Positions 1-15,960 of a stretch of DNA of 64,000 nt are shown piece by piece (position 1 is the stretch's first letter; every line of letters starts with the position of its first letter). The position numbers were made by a program, and so were the translations under genes. The notes beneath the pieces are model-generated. The model made no database searches. It had not been told where the DNA came from and was given only the letters and a program-made list of their open reading frames with translations. The DNA comes from Chrysomallon squamiferum (taxonomy: Eukaryota; Animalia; Mollusca). The stretch lies in the NCBI GenBank assembly GCA_012295275.1, contig CM022678.1, forward strand, positions 11,408,001 to 11,472,000. Direction: 5' to 3'.

Positions 1-1593
1 AAAAGTTTAAATATATATATGTATATATATATATATGTTCAGAAAGAAAAGAAAGAGCTACTTTGAAATTTTTATTTTTTGTTTTTAAACCTGTTGAAAC
101 ATTGATTGTGTTAAAAAAAATAAAAGTTTCCTGTTGGAAAAAACTGCTGCACTTCTCAGGTATGTCTGATTCGATGTTTTGTTCTTTCCACTTTTTGTTT
201 TCTTCTTGTCTTTAAACAAAGTTACTGACAGGTTAGTTCAGTTTTATTTGCTGCAGAAAGAAAAAAAATGGAAATCCAGGTTCACAAGTGATAATCATCT
301 GTCCATTGTCACTATGACAAATTTTCAAAACACATTACAAATGTTTGTTTCAATATTTCTATTTCTTTTAATTCTTTAAATTTTTAAATTTTGCAAATAA
401 TATTATATCTCCATTACAAATGTTTGTTCAATATTTCTATTTCTTTTAATTTTTATTTAATCTTTTATTTATTTTATACACAAAAATTTGCAAATAATAT
501 TATAATCTCCATTACAAATGTTTGTTCTATATATTTTTTTTCATTTTTATTTTTTATTTTTTTATTTAAATCAGAGAATATACAAGAGATAAATGATTTT
601 ATTCAGATGCTATCACTGCAGTTGTTGTATCGTTAATATCGTCAATTAATTCAAACATTAACTAAACGGGTTTTTGTTGGGCGTTGAGCAAAAACACATT
701 GTGCTTTGTGTGTCCGTCTGTCTGTGCAGTTAGACGCTTTGTGATGCAGATTCCGGAACGAACAAACAACATTTTCAATTAGGGACATTATTTCGAGGAA
801 AACAGTGCAGTGAAGGTAGCTGTTTTTATGAATAATAAATTGGGAAAATGAAGATGGAACTTAACGCAGCGATGAAGAAATGTTTTGTTGTTTCTGTGGG
901 GAAATCAGCGAGAACGGAAAACGGAATATTTGTTACAGACTCTCGTATGCATGGACGCATGGACGGATTGATAGGTGGATGGATGGATGGACAGTTGATT
1001 ATTTAATTTTATGTGCAGATTGTATACAGTCAGTTTGTCTGTGTGTGTGTTACTGAGCTTTAAAATACCCTGAACACACAGACACACACACAAAACATGC
1101 ACACTACAAACACCACACACACACACACACAACTAACATTATACACACACACACACACACACACACACAGAGACACACACACATACATATTCCAACCTGA
1201 TTTTAATATTACAATTATTATTTTTTTTCTCTAACACAGAACTGACAAGTTGTGATGTTAAATAATGCAGAGCCGCTAGGACAGTGGCTATCTGGACTGA
1301 CCACTAGTGGACATCTGTCTGGCTACAATTAATTTCCCTCAACAAAATCACTGAAGCTAAAACTAAATTTTCGTTAATGACCACTTTTTCTCCCTGTCGT
1401 ATTTTTTTTTTTTTTTCTCTCTGCTGCCTGAGTTGTAAAGTTTTATTGGTTTCTGGTTATGCAATAAATTTCCATTTCTGCTTTTTTCAATCAGTTGAGA
1501 GTGTATCATTGTGTCCAGCTGATAGGTAATGATAGGTCAGTCATCGGTTTTTAATATCAGTTTTCTTTTTTGTGTGCTTACTTAGCTAAACAC

Positions 1594-1598
1594 ATGCA

Positions 1599-1646
<48 letters not shown>

Positions 1647-1655
1647 GACACACAG

Positions 1656-1734
<79 letters not shown>

Positions 1735-1745
1735 TATATATACAC

Positions 1746-1777
<32 letters not shown>

Positions 1778-1800
1778 ACATACAGACACACACACATGGA
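1594..1800. repeat. (CA)n/(TA)n microsatellite
   Basis: Direct inspection. Confidence 0.9.
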
Positions 1801-2571
1801 TAAACACACGCATATCTCATATTTTTATTTTTACTGTTGTCACATTTCGTCGCATTATAAACTAATGTTATTTATGGTAGAGATAAGAGATCACTCACCA
1901 TACATAAATATGTATTAATCTCGTATGTAACAGAGAGTAAACATGATATTCAAATGAGGTAATTAAAAAGAATTATTTTTGTTCTAGCATGAAACCGATC
2001 ACATCTCATCTGTAGCAGATATCTGTGGCGAGCAAAAAATTAGAAAGAAAAATACTCTTTCTTCTTTTTCTTCCTTTCTCTCTCTCCTCCCTCCCTCCCT
2101 TCATCCCTCCCTCTCTCTATCTACCTGTCCATTTATGTACGAATGTATGTATGTATTTACAATTTAATTTTTCTCTCTAATTGTTTATCTGTTTATTATA
2201 CATAGTCCCCCCCCCCACACACACACACACACACACACTGACACATAAACAGACAGACAATATTACATCAGTTCCAACTGTTAATCCTTTTAAAACGAGA
2301 CAAAACAAAAAAAAAAGACTAGGAAGAAAGTAAAAAAATGTGTATAAATATATTTTTAAAAGTTATGATATGGTTTTGCAGTCATTTTTCTTGTCACAGA
2401 TAAAAACTCTGTCCAGCTGTTGCCACATTTCTGGTCAGTTTGTTAATGGTCGACATTAATATCACTGCCTCGATAAATCCTTTTTACAATTTCAATTAAA
2501 TTTGTTAATTACATATCTCCAGAGCATGTGTTCCCAGTCTCAGTGTTTGCAGGGTACTGTCTCAAGTGTTT

Positions 2572-2904
2572 GACACACACAGGACACACACACAGACACA
2601 CTACACATAAATAACATAAATAACACACACACTACACACACACATACACACAACACACACACACACACACAGACACACACAACATACATACACACAGACA
2701 CACACACAGATACAGACACACACAGACAAACACACGGACACACACAAACACACGGACACACACACTCACACACACACATACACATACACACAAACACGGA
2801 CATACAACACACACACAAACATACACACACAGATACACACACACTCAACACATGCACACCCATGCAAGCTCATACATATGTGTATGTGTGTGTATATCTA
2901 TCTG

Positions 2905-2984
<80 letters not shown>

Positions 2985-3021
2985 TACATACATACACACA
3001 CACACATATATATATATATAT
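2572..3021. repeat. Compound (CA)n, (TCTA)n, (TA)n microsatellite
   Basis: Direct inspection. Confidence 0.9.
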
Positions 3022-3479
3022 TAAAAATAAAAATAAAGTTTGCTTCATCAATTTTGAGTGCACTAAGGTTGTTTTTAGAGTACAGGTTTATTTGCAGGTA
3101 AATGCAGGTGATATGCATTACCTACATGTAACATACATCAGTGTGACAAATATATTAACACATGTTTGAAATGTCAGGTGAGGGGGGAGCAGTGAGATCT
3201 GAAAATAATTTTTAATCTTGTGTCTGTGTGTCTGTACTTTGTGGCTGGTGTTAAATGTTAGTTAATTGTGCGTCCAAACAGTTACTGTTACTGAGAAAAA
3301 AGTCTTCTGTGACTGCAGAAACATATATTTGTTATTCCATTACGTAAAAGAGAAGATATCAGCTGTTTTAATGGACTCTTGGAGTTCATTCCTTTTGTGT
3401 GTAATATATGTATTCTAAATAATCATTTGTTTGTTTGTATATATGTAATCATAAACATTTATCTATTCCTTTAATCTTT

Positions 3480-3850
3480 GGATGTTAATTTTTACATTTA
3501 TTTATTTATTTATATATGTAATTGTTACATTTATTTATTTATTTATGTATTCGATCTTTACATTTATTTATTTATTTATATATGTAATTTTTGCATTTGT
3601 TTATTTATTTATGTATTCGATCTTTACATTTATTTATTTATTTATATATGTAATTGTTACATTTATTTATTTATAGAATCTTTACATTTATTTATTCCTT
3701 TGTATATGTAATATTTACATTTATTTATTCCTTTATATATGTAATCTTAATGAACATTCATTTATTCATTTCTGTATATAATCTTTAAAATATTTATTTA
3801 CTTATTTATATATGTATCTAAAAACATTTATTTATTTATTCCCTTACAAA
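3480..3850. repeat. Degenerate ~33-bp AT-rich tandem repeat
   Basis: TTACATTTATTTATTTATTTATATATGTAA units. Confidence 0.7.
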
Positions 3851-3973
3851 CATATATTCATTCATTTACATATGTATTCATCCTAGCATGAATAACTATT
3901 TATGCTTATTTAAATAAATAAATAAATAAATAAATTTAAACGGTTTGTAAAATAAATAAATAATTTAAGTGAA

Positions 3974-4013
<40 letters not shown>

Positions 4014-4080
4014 TTTCTTCATCCCAAATAGTGCCTCACCTATTGTGCATAGATTGAATCAGCTGAGGTGTTCTTTCATG

Positions 4081-4115
<35 letters not shown>

Positions 4116-4837
4116 ACAGAAATCAATTTGCAATTGAGCACCACTTGACACTAATACTGATCTTATCTACACACAAATTTCATAGCCCTTGATTTGTGAA
4201 AAAATAAGTGTGACGTGAGACCTGTCAAATGTAATTTAATATGATTTCCCTTTTTGCTGTTCATTCATTTACTTATTTATTTGTGTGTTTATCTGTTTGA
4301 TTATTTTATTTATTTATTTATTTATTTACTTATTTTATTTATTTTGTTTATGTTTGTTTATTTGTTTATTTGTTTATTTATTTTGTTTATTTGTTTATCT
4401 GTTTATTTGTTTAAGAGTATTTAATGTTATTCAATAAGAAACAAAGAATTGAGAGAAAAAAGGAGAGATAAAGAGAAAAAAAACAACAGAGACCAAAGAG
4501 AAATTTAGAACATATTCAATTTATTAAAATAAATAAAAAATAAATAAATAAATAAATAAATAAACACATAAATATATAAATAAATAAATACATAAATAAA
4601 TACATAAATAAATAAATAAATACATAAATAAATAAACACATAAATAAATAAATAAATGAACGAAACGAATGAATGAATGAATAAGTAAATATTACTGTTG
4701 AAAAGCAGTTGATTTGTAAGAGAAATGTTTTTTGAACAGCTACATAAAACACTGACACGGTTTGAGAAGAATATTCTCTCATGTACGTACATCTCATAAC
4801 AGAGCTGCTTGACATTATTCACAGAAAAAATATAATA

Positions 4838-4840
<3 letters not shown>

Positions 4841-4925
<85 letters not shown>
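4841..4925. repeat. (GA)n microsatellite
   Basis: Direct inspection. Confidence 0.9.
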
Positions 4926-6711
4926 TAATAGAAATAGAAAAGGGTAAATGAGAGAGAAAGAAAGAGACTGAAATTTAAAAAAATATAGGAATGACAAATA
5001 ATAAAATATATATATATTAAGTATTAAAATGAGATACACAGGTAACAGGTAATGTAAGTGTACCTGCTGAACCATGACCCCCCCATGCACACTCCCCCCC
5101 TCTGTAAACTCTGATTCATTGTTTAACTCACAGAGACTTCTTTTGTTTGTTTCCTGTTTATAACTTTTCTGTTCCTTTATTTTCTTCTTTTCTTTATTTT
5201 TTTTTTTATTTTTATTATTTTTTTTTGTATATTAAATAAACAGATATTAAAATTTTAAATAAATAAATATATAAATAAATAAATAAATAAATAAATAAAA
5301 TTAAATAAATATGAAAATAATTAAATAAACATATAAATAAAGAATTAAAAGTAAGTAAATAAATAAATTAAATAAATAAATAAATATAAAAATAAATGAA
5401 TAAATAAGTAAACTAACAAATAAGTAAAATAAATAAATAAATAAAAATAAATAAATATTTGCTGTATTTTCATTTAAACTCAATGCTGAAAACTTTCAAA
5501 TTATTTTTACCTTTTTTAAAAATAAAACAATTCTTATATCTTCATTTTAATTAAACAAAAAATTGAAAAAAAAAAATTAATTAAAAAAAAGCAAAAGAAA
5601 ATATTCAATACATTATTACAGAAACATTAGAGTTTCTTATTAAAAAAAAAATATATATATAAATATTAAATTAAAACATAATCAAATAAAAGATGTTTGA
5701 TCAATTATACTGCTAAAAAAAAAAAAACAAACAAATAAAACAAATAAAAAAACAATAAAATATATTTGAGAAAAATCGTTATGTACATAAAAAAGAGAAG
5801 ATATTTAATACTTTTTTGTGGTGATTTGGTCTGGGTGGTGACAGCTGTCTCGCTAAATGATATAAACTTGTTTCCTTCGCACCTGTTCGCAGTCTCAGTT
5901 TGAATTTCCACTGGTTTATGTGTTTTATGGCTGCTTCACAAAGTGGACTGAGGGTGATGTAAGCTTAGGCGGGGCTGTTATCTCTGGGGTGATGTTTTTT
6001 ATTTCTGTCTGTGACGACAGGACTGTGGTGTAAGTACTAGAAGTTCAGTTTGCTTTTTTTTTTTTTTTTTTTTTTTATTTACTGATTTTTTTATTTATTT
6101 TTTTTTTTTATTATTAGAGATCATTTTATTTTTTAGTTTCGTTTTTTTAGAAATGGTTTTTATTGATTCTTATTGATTTTTTATTTTTCAGAGACATATT
6201 TTAAGGTAGAAATTTTTTTATTTTATTCAGAAAAATATTTTTATTTTTATTTTTATTTTCTGTTTTGTTTTTTAAAAATTTGAAACAAATTTATACATCT
6301 GTTTTGTTTTTCAAACTTTAAAAATAATTTTATTTAGATTTATTTATTTATATTTTTTTCAAATTATTTGGAGTTAACAAATGAAATTTGAGATATATTC
6401 AAATGAAAAAACACCAGAAAACTTTTGACTACTAAAAACATCTTCAGAACTTTTCTACTTGAATAGGAAAACTGAAAATATTTTTTAAAAGAAAAATGAA
6501 ATATTTTTTCTTTTGAACTGACCAATATTACCATTAATCTGTTCATTGGCTGTTTTCTCATAATTCAGATACTGACAATATTATTCCAAATAAAAATAAT
6601 AGAAATAATAATAATTATAATTATAATTATAGTTGTAGCTTTCACTTATTACCTAAACAACATTTTTTTTTTGTTCACAATTATTTTTCAAACTTAGAGC
6701 TTTAGAGTCAT

Positions 6712-6782
<71 letters not shown>

Positions 6783-6828
6783 CTAGTTCTAAATATAACC
6801 CCCAAAAAAAAAAAATGATAATAATAAA

Positions 6829-6864
<36 letters not shown>

Positions 6865-7037
6865 GACAACATAGAAATATTGTACCATTATGAAATTAAA
6901 AAAAATAAACACACAGAACACATTTACACAAAACAAATATGAACGATTTTATATTAGACATTTGTCTTTCATTGTTTCATTTTTCTTTGCATTGAATGTA
7001 CCAAGATTATGTTTGTGTGTGTGTGTGTGTTAATGTG

Positions 7038-7086
<49 letters not shown>

Positions 7087-8521
7087 ACACTCTGACCTGC
7101 AGATGCACTGAAATAAAACTTTGCCCATTCCTTGTACTCTGAACAATTCTGCTTTAATAATGGAGATAGTTGTAGTCGTAATTACAGCATCGTCACAAAC
7201 CAGTCATGTGACAGTCATTGCTTGTTTCAACAACATGTACGTTCTGCAAAACAAAACCTTGAGATGCTTTAGCAAAATGTTGCTAGGGGCAACAGAGTAT
7301 ATTCTGAGAATTTGCTAGTAAAAGACCAAAGTCTCACATTTTTTTTGTTTTTTTTTCATTACTTATTTTTACCAGAAATAGTGTAACATCTTCATGTCAG
7401 TGTGTGTGTGCATGTGTGCGTGTGCGTGTGCGTGTGCGTGTGTGTAAAGTATGTAATGTATTAATATCACTCAGAAGTTTGAACTCTGCCAATGACACAG
7501 AATGAAAGTTTGTAAATTGAGAGAATATTTGAATATTAGGAAATTGTTGTCTTAGTTGTACCGGTTTGGAAAGTATTTCATATGATCATCTAGTTTATTC
7601 ATTCATTCATTTATTTACTCATTCATTCATTCAATCATTTACTCATTCATTCATTCATTCATTTTCATTCATTCATTTGTGTAATTATTTATGTAATTAT
7701 TTATTGTTTATTAATTTATTTTTGCATTCAGTTATATAACTATTTATTGGCATAATTATTTATTCATTTATGTCTTCATTTACTTACTTATTTTATAAAT
7801 AAAATAAAATAAATTAAAGTAATTTCTTCAGACAAACGAATGAATGAATACGAATGGATGAATCAGAAATAAAGAAACAAACATAAATAAATAAATAAAT
7901 AAATAAAGAAAGAAATAAAGAAATAATTAACTAAAATAAATAAATAAAGAAAGAAAGAAAGAAAATATAATAAAATAATGAAACGAAATAAATAAATTTC
8001 AAACTTTGGTTAATGAAAAAAAAATGTCTAACTAATAATTATAATCAACATTTACTGTTTTGTGTATTAAGAATATTCATTTACATTTCCAATCACTTCT
8101 GCTCAAATCAAACAAAATTCATTTATATATATATATTTTTTTTTTTTATGAATCTTGACCAGACAAACAACATGAGATAAAGTCTTATATTTTCTTGAAC
8201 AACAACAAAAGTGGAAAACCAAGGAAGAAAATTCCCATCCTCTTTTTCAAGTGATCTCTAGACTGTATGCACGTCATTTCTGATTTAATTATTTAAATTG
8301 CGTTAGCTGTGATTGTGAAGAAAGGAGTTAGTGTGTAATTTTGTTATTTTTGTATTAAACAATTAGCAGTCTGTGTTAGTAAAAGATGTTCCATTTTTCT
8401 GTCTGTCTTGCTGTGTAATTTCATTATTCCGAGTTTTAGAGATTTCTGTCTCTTAATAGTGTTAACAAAGTTTATGATTTTTTTTTTAATTTATTAATTA
8501 ATTAATTTATTTATTTGTTTG

Positions 8522-8574
<53 letters not shown>

Positions 8575-9107
8575 TATTAATTGTTTTTTCCATTTGGATT
8601 TTAGCATTATTATCATTTTTTTTGAAAAAGTATTATTTTATTTTATATTATTAATTTATTTATTTGTTCATTATTTATTTTATTGGGTTTTTTTTTTTGG
8701 TTTTTTTGTTTTTTTGTTTTATTTTATTATTATTTTTTAAATTAATTAATTAATTAATATTGTTTAACAGAACTAAACATTTTTATAAAAATATTATTTA
8801 CCAAAAAAAGATTAACTATTTCAAAAAATTATTAAACAAATTACTTAAAATGGATTACTGTTAAAAAGAAAAGAAAAAAAAAAACACACAAAAGGAAACA
8901 AAAGTGCAATTATGAGTCCCACATACAGTTAATGGTCTGTTTGAGAAATGTGAAATTGTTGTCAAGTATTTGCTCCAGGATGGTAGGAGAGACAAGTTGT
9001 TGATATTTTAGTGAAAAACAGTCTTTGTTTATTTTTGTGCACAGGAAAAAGAGAACCTAGGATTGGTTTGTTATGTGAGAAACTCTTACAGTTGTCATGG
9101 TTGCAGC

Positions 9108-9404
9108 AGTAGAAGTCGTAGTAGTAGTAGTATTTGTGGTAGTAATAATTATAGTTGGTTGTAGTAGTAATTAGTAGTAATAATATTAATTGTAGTAACA
9201 GTTGAAAATATTGTAGTAGTAGTAGTAACTGCCACAATAGTACTTATAATAGTAGTGGCAATAGAAGTAGTAGTAGTTCTAGTAGTCGTAGTAGTGCTAG
9301 TTGTAGTTGTAGTAGTAGTTGTTGCAGTCATAGTGGTAGTGGTAGTGGTTGTGGTTGTAGTAGTAGTAGTAGTTTTTTTGTTGTCATAGTAGTAGTAGTG
9401 GTAG
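9108..9404. repeat. Degenerate (TAG/TGG/TTG)n
   Basis: Direct inspection. Confidence 0.85.
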
Positions 9405-9949
9405 TTTTTGTTCTTTTTCTTCTTCCTCACTGTTATTTCAAAAATGATACATTAGCTGCAAAAATAATAAAAGTAATTTCATCATCCTTTTTATTTTAAA
9501 ATAAATTTAAAAAAAAACACAAACAAACAACATAATGTAGCCAGAATGGAAAAAAAATTGTCAAGAAAAAAAAAAAAAAAAAAAGAAAAAGATAAAAAAA
9601 ACTGAAGATGACATGCAGTAACGATTCTGTGAGAGAGAGACTTGTGTCCAGTTTGTGACGCACGGTTTAATATCAGCAGTTTTCTCTTGTCATTAGCCAG
9701 GAAGAGAAAAAAAAGTGTCATCTTAATAAAGATTGTGCTTAGATGACCATACAAGACCAGTGCTGACCACTGCACGATGACCGTTTGACCAGTACTTGAA
9801 AAGCCGGCACGTCACAATGGGTTTACTCAGTCCGTTTGATTGGAAAAACTCACTGCAGATTTCACTTAGATTTTAGTCTTGTCTTTTTCTCTGCTGCTGT
9901 TTTTGTTGTTGCCGTTGTTTGATTATTATATACTGTGCAGGGTTCTTAA

Positions 9950-10182
9950 GAGTTCACAGAGGTGTCCTGTTTTTAGAGGTTTAGAGTTTGCGGAGGTGTG
10001 TTGTTTTACGGAGGTGTAGATTTTATAGAAGTGTACTGTTTATACAGGTTTAGGGTTTACAGAGGTGTACCGTTTTACAGAGGTGTAGTTTTTGTAGAAG
10101 TGTACTGTTTTACAGAGGTGTCCTGTTTACAGAGTTGTGGTTTTTGTAGAGGTATGAGTGTTTACAGGGGTGTAGTTTATTG
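9950..10182. repeat. Degenerate ~20-bp tandem repeat
   Basis: Recurrent TTTTACAGAGGTGT core. Confidence 0.75.
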
Positions 10183-10338
10183 AATGGTGCTGTTGTTGTT
10201 GTTGTTGTTGTTATTTAAGAAATGTTTTGTTTTGATGTATGGTTGTCACAGGAAACAACGAAATCGGTAAATACATGAATCCATCATTTTAGAGAAAGAT
10301 GAGTTAATTTCATTTAGTTTTTTTTGTTTTGTTTGGAA

Positions 10339-10380
<42 letters not shown>

Positions 10381-10659
10381 ACACACACTCACACACTGTT
10401 TTTTTATTTAATGAGTATAAAATTACTTTTATATATTAGCCTCTTGTTATGTCCTCGGTGAGCATTAATATTTATGAAGTTTAAATTATTGTGAAATACT
10501 TTATGAGCACATAAATTACATAAATTACATAAATTACATAAACTTTGCCGGAAACATAGAGTAGAAGTATTTTATACTGTCAATTAGAAAGAAAAAAGAG
10601 AGAAAGAAAGAAAAAGAGGAAAGGAATGGAAGACTGATAATATAGATAAAAGAAAATAA

Positions 10660-10727
<68 letters not shown>

Positions 10728-12314
10728 GACAGAGTGAATATGAAAAAGAAACAAAAGAGAGAGAAATGGAGAGAAAGATAAGAAGGCACAGAAATAAATT
10801 ACTCCTATAAAATTTCAGAGCATGTTTAATTTTCATCTTATTAAACAAAAATCACCTTTCATTTTGTTTCCATTTCAAAACCTGGTTTGTGTGAGACATT
10901 TGTTACGTAAGACGATATTTTGACTGTACAAAATAGCAGGACAAAAACCATTCTTTAAATTAAAATAACAAAGTGCTTGTGAAAAACAGTGAGCTGTTGC
11001 CGTGGTGACAGTGATGGTAGGCATAATGCAAGAGAGTTCTGAGAAGGGAGAGAATCAGTTTTTCTAAATGTTTGTTGAAAGAGGTTTGCTGGTCAAACTA
11101 GTGATATACACATGTAAGTACCGATTTCATTTCCAGACTTGTTTTCTTTGTTCTAATCTGATTTACTTATTTTAATTTATTTCTGTCTGTCCTTTTTGTT
11201 TGTTTTTTTTAACTAAAAGAAATTAATATATATATATATACATATATATATTAAAATGGAATGATCATGCATTTCAAAAAATATTTAAAAAAAAGATAAA
11301 TTATCTTAAAATTAATTCAAAAAATAAATAAATAATAAGAAACAAAACCATTGAAACTTAAAATAACTTTAGAAAAATATTTATTATGTGTAGTATTTTA
11401 TTTATTTTTACTCCAGAACTATTTGAAAAAAAAAAAAAAAAAAAACTAACCACATGAAAAAGATTTCAAAATATAATGGCTGACTTTTTTGTTATTTATC
11501 AGAAAATCGTTAGGTTCTCCACGTTTGTTAGTTATGTATGTCTAAGTCTGCACTTGTTCTGATGAATCAAATGAAGTAAAAAAACTAGTAATAATTCTAA
11601 AATGAAACATAAAAATAATAATTTTAAAATAAAAAGTAAAAACTTTAAAGCCAATGAAAATTGGTCACTGTTTCTTTCTTTCTGTTTCTCTTTTCATTCC
11701 ATCTCTATTTCTCTCTGTCAATTTCTCTCTTTTTGTCTCTCACTTTTGTTTTTCTTCTTTCTATTTTTTCTCTCTATCTCTCTCTGTCAGACACAAACAC
11801 GAGGGTATGCACAAGTCAATAAGGGTTGAGACACACACACAGACACACACACACACACACACACAGAAACACAGACACACACAGACACTCTGCAGCTGAT
11901 GCTAGTTATTAATGACCAGTGTCCAGCCCAGCAAGCTGGACAACATCAAATTCCCTGATTGCTGCCCACTGGTCATTTGCTGGATTACTCACTGGACAGA
12001 GCGAGGTTTTTTTTTTATTATTATTTCTTTTTTTTCCCTTCACACACCACACTGCAAGTCAGTGCTGTGCTGGGCATTAGGTCACTTACTTCGTTTTGTG
12101 CTTCAACCGATGTCGTGTACATGTGTGAGTGAAGTCCAGTGGACAGAGGTCAGTGCTGACCACATCAGTGGGGGGGGAAAAAAAAAAAAAATATAAATAA
12201 ATAAATAAATAAAAAAGAAGAAGAAGAAGGCAGCATGAAGGACGACGTTTACGATGTTTTGATGAAAGTTTCCGACTGGGAGCAGGGGTAGGAACGTGAT
12301 TTAGTATTACTGTG

Positions 12315-12357
<43 letters not shown>

Positions 12358-12496
12358 TGTGTAGTGTTTCCTTGTTTTTGCCGGTCAGCTAATGTTACAA
12401 GGGAGGAGGGAGGGAGTGGTCAGTTTGTCCACTAGTAGTTTTTCACTTAGTGCCTTAAACAGTTCAGCTGATTTTCACTCTGTACTCAATGCTAGG

Positions 12497-13210
12497 TTAT
12501 ACTTGTGTGTTAACTGTGCATATTAATAGTTACTTCATACATTATTATTTATACTTGTGTAGTAATATTAACTGTGCATATTAATAGTTACTTCATACAT
12601 TATTATTTATACTTGTGTAGTAATATTAACTGTACATATTAATAGTTACTTTATATATTAATAATTACTTTATATATTAGTAATTACTTTTTATATTATT
12701 ATTTAAACTGTATATATTAATATTTACTTTGTATATTATTATTTATACTTGTATTTTAATATTAACTGTACATATTAGTAGTTACTTTATATATTTTTAT
12801 TTACTTTATATATTATTATTTATGCTTTATAATTAATAATTATTTTATATATTATTAGTTATACTTGTGTATTAATATTAACTGTACATATTAATAATTT
12901 CTTTATATATTATTATTTATACTTTATAATTAATAATTATTTTTTATGTTTTATTTATACTTTATATATTATTATTTATGCTTTATAATTAATAATTACT
13001 TTATATACTATCATTTATACTCATTATGTAATATTAACTTTATATAATAATAACCACTTTATATATTATTATTTATACTTTATATATTAATAATTACTTT
13101 ATATATTAGTAATTACTTTATATATTATTATCTATTCTGTATATATTAGTATTTACTTTGTAGATTATTATTTATACTCTGTATATTATTGTTTATATAT
13201 TAATATTTAT
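12497..13210. repeat. AT-rich degenerate minisatellite (~58 bp unit with sub-repeats)
   Basis: TATTAACTGTGCATATTAATAGTTACTTCATACATTATTATTTATACTTGTG repeated and decaying. Confidence 0.8.
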
Positions 13211-13841
13211 TTCATTACTGAGATATATTAAATAGTTTCTCAGTAGGATGATATTTATTTTGTAATGTTGTGCTTGTTTTTGTTTTTTAGATTGTTAACA
13301 CGTTTCTTAGTTTTGTCATTTTAATCTATGAATAACTAGATCAGAAGTCTCTAGCATGTCAGTAATCTTAAATATAATTAATTTTGTGTTGTACGCAATA
13401 TAATCCCATCAGTTTTATCCTTATTATTTTGTAATGAAGTTACCGATGTGGCATATGGATGTATTATACATATCTAGTTTCAAATACGATTTTAATTATC
13501 AATAACATACATACTTGTGTGTATTTTCTTAATTCATAAGTTGTCTTCCTGTTTAACAACTACTTTTTTATCTGCTAATATTTAGTTAATGGTTGTTTAT
13601 TTAATATATAAGTATTTCTATACATATCTTATTAACAAAATTTTGTGTTGTTTTAATTATCGGTAATATTCTTACTTCCCTAATTTATGAGCTGATATTC
13701 CTGTTTGATAGCGATCCTATTATTATAGTGGTTGTGTTTGTTTAATATGTAAATATTTCTATCTCAGAATTAATTATAATCAGACACACATTACCTCCAT
13801 TGCTTACCTGATACACACAAAAATTATTTATATTTTTCCTG

Positions 13842-13883
<42 letters not shown>

Positions 13884-14344
13884 CAACTCTCTTCTTTTTT
13901 TTTCTGTATGTCTGTCTAATCTATTAATTTGTGTTTTGTATTATTTATAATTTTGTAGAAATACCAAACAGTGTTTATTTCCAACTGGCTTAGTCATCAC
14001 TTAGCCTTCAGTTTATTAATTTATTAATTTATTCCTGTTATGATTATAGTATCTGCTTTCAGAAACAATTCTCTTTTTTACTTTGAATTGAATGTTCTCA
14101 CTTGACAGTTGTTTTGCCAACAAACACAACCTCTCTCGTTTTCTTACTTTCTCCCTTTCTTTATTTCTCCTCACCTTTGAATTTCTTTCTTTCATTCTCT
14201 CTCTCTCTTCCTCACTGTCTTTCCTCTTTCTTTCCTTTCTTTCGTTCTCCCTCCATTTCTTTTTTACATTATCTCTCTCTGACTCTCTCTCTTCTGTCTT
14301 TCTCTGTTTCTATTATTATGTCTACATCTCTCTTTCTCTTTTTA

Positions 14345-14424
<80 letters not shown>

Positions 14425-14870
14425 TCCCTCTCACCCTCTCACCCTCTCTCTGTCTGTTTGTCTTTCTTTCTGTAACAGTTTTATCTCGCTGATAAGAAGA
14501 AGATACGCAGATTAAAGCGGACAATAGCCGCAGAATGACAAACTTCAATATTAAATAATGAATTTTTGAGAGTCGCCTGTTTTTCAAACACTTGGCTAAA
14601 AGTTCAACGTATGATAAAACTTGTTGACTTTCTCACAGGTCACTCACTCACTCTCTGACCACTTTGTTTGACCAGTTCTGGACATGCACCTACATGTGTA
14701 TATCATACTCGGGGTTTGACTCATTGAAGATTACAAGGTGTGGGCAGGAAACTGAAATATTCTATTTCTGTCGTTTGCAAAATATTTTTGTGATGTAAGC
14801 TGATTTTTTTTGAAACTGAAAATAGATCTGTGACATGTAGTATTCTGATTTTCATTCTTACTTCCATCTG

Positions 14871-15132
<262 letters not shown>

Positions 15133-15429
15133 TAGAAACCAGACTACAATATTGTTTTAGTCTACATATGTTCAAAACAAGACTTGGATTAATTGAATAG
15201 TTTCTCCATTACACTAAGTATATTCATATATAAAAAGTTTTTCTTTAAAAGTGTTTTTCTTTGAGGTCCTGTCAGTAGCAAGTCTAGCACAGGCACACAC
15301 CCACACACACACACGCACGCACGTTGCTTGAAATGTGCTTTTTTTACTTTTTTTACTAGTTTGATTTTGATGACGTCATCTTTACAATGTTATAACACTT
15401 GTTTGACATGTTGTTTGAAGACAGTGTTA

Positions 15430-15960
15430 TAAATAATAATAAATAACAAATAAGTAAAATAAATGAGAATAAATAATAAATAAGTAAAATAAATAAATAA
15501 TAAAATAAATAAGAATAAATAATAAATAAAAAAGTAAAATAAATAAATAATAAAATAAATAAGAATAAATAACAAATAAGTAAAATAAATAAATAATAAA
15601 ATAAATAAGAATAAATAATAAATAACTAAATAAATAAATGAATGAAATAAATGAGAATAAATAATAAATAAGTAAAATAAATAAATAATAAAATAAATAA
15701 GAATAAATAATAAATAAGTAAAATAAATAAATAATAAAATAAATAAGAATAAATAATAGATAATTAAGTAATAAATAAATAAGTTAATAATAAATAAATA
15801 AATAAATAAATAAATAAATGAAATAAATAAGAATAAATAAGAAATAAAATACCTAAATTGATAAATAAATAAAATACATAAATAAATAAAATAAATAAGA
15901 ATAAATAAGAAATAAATAATAAATAAAATAAACAAGAACAAGTAATAAAATGAATGAATG
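15430..15960. repeat. Degenerate (AAAT)n-derived array
   Basis: Direct inspection. Confidence 0.85.
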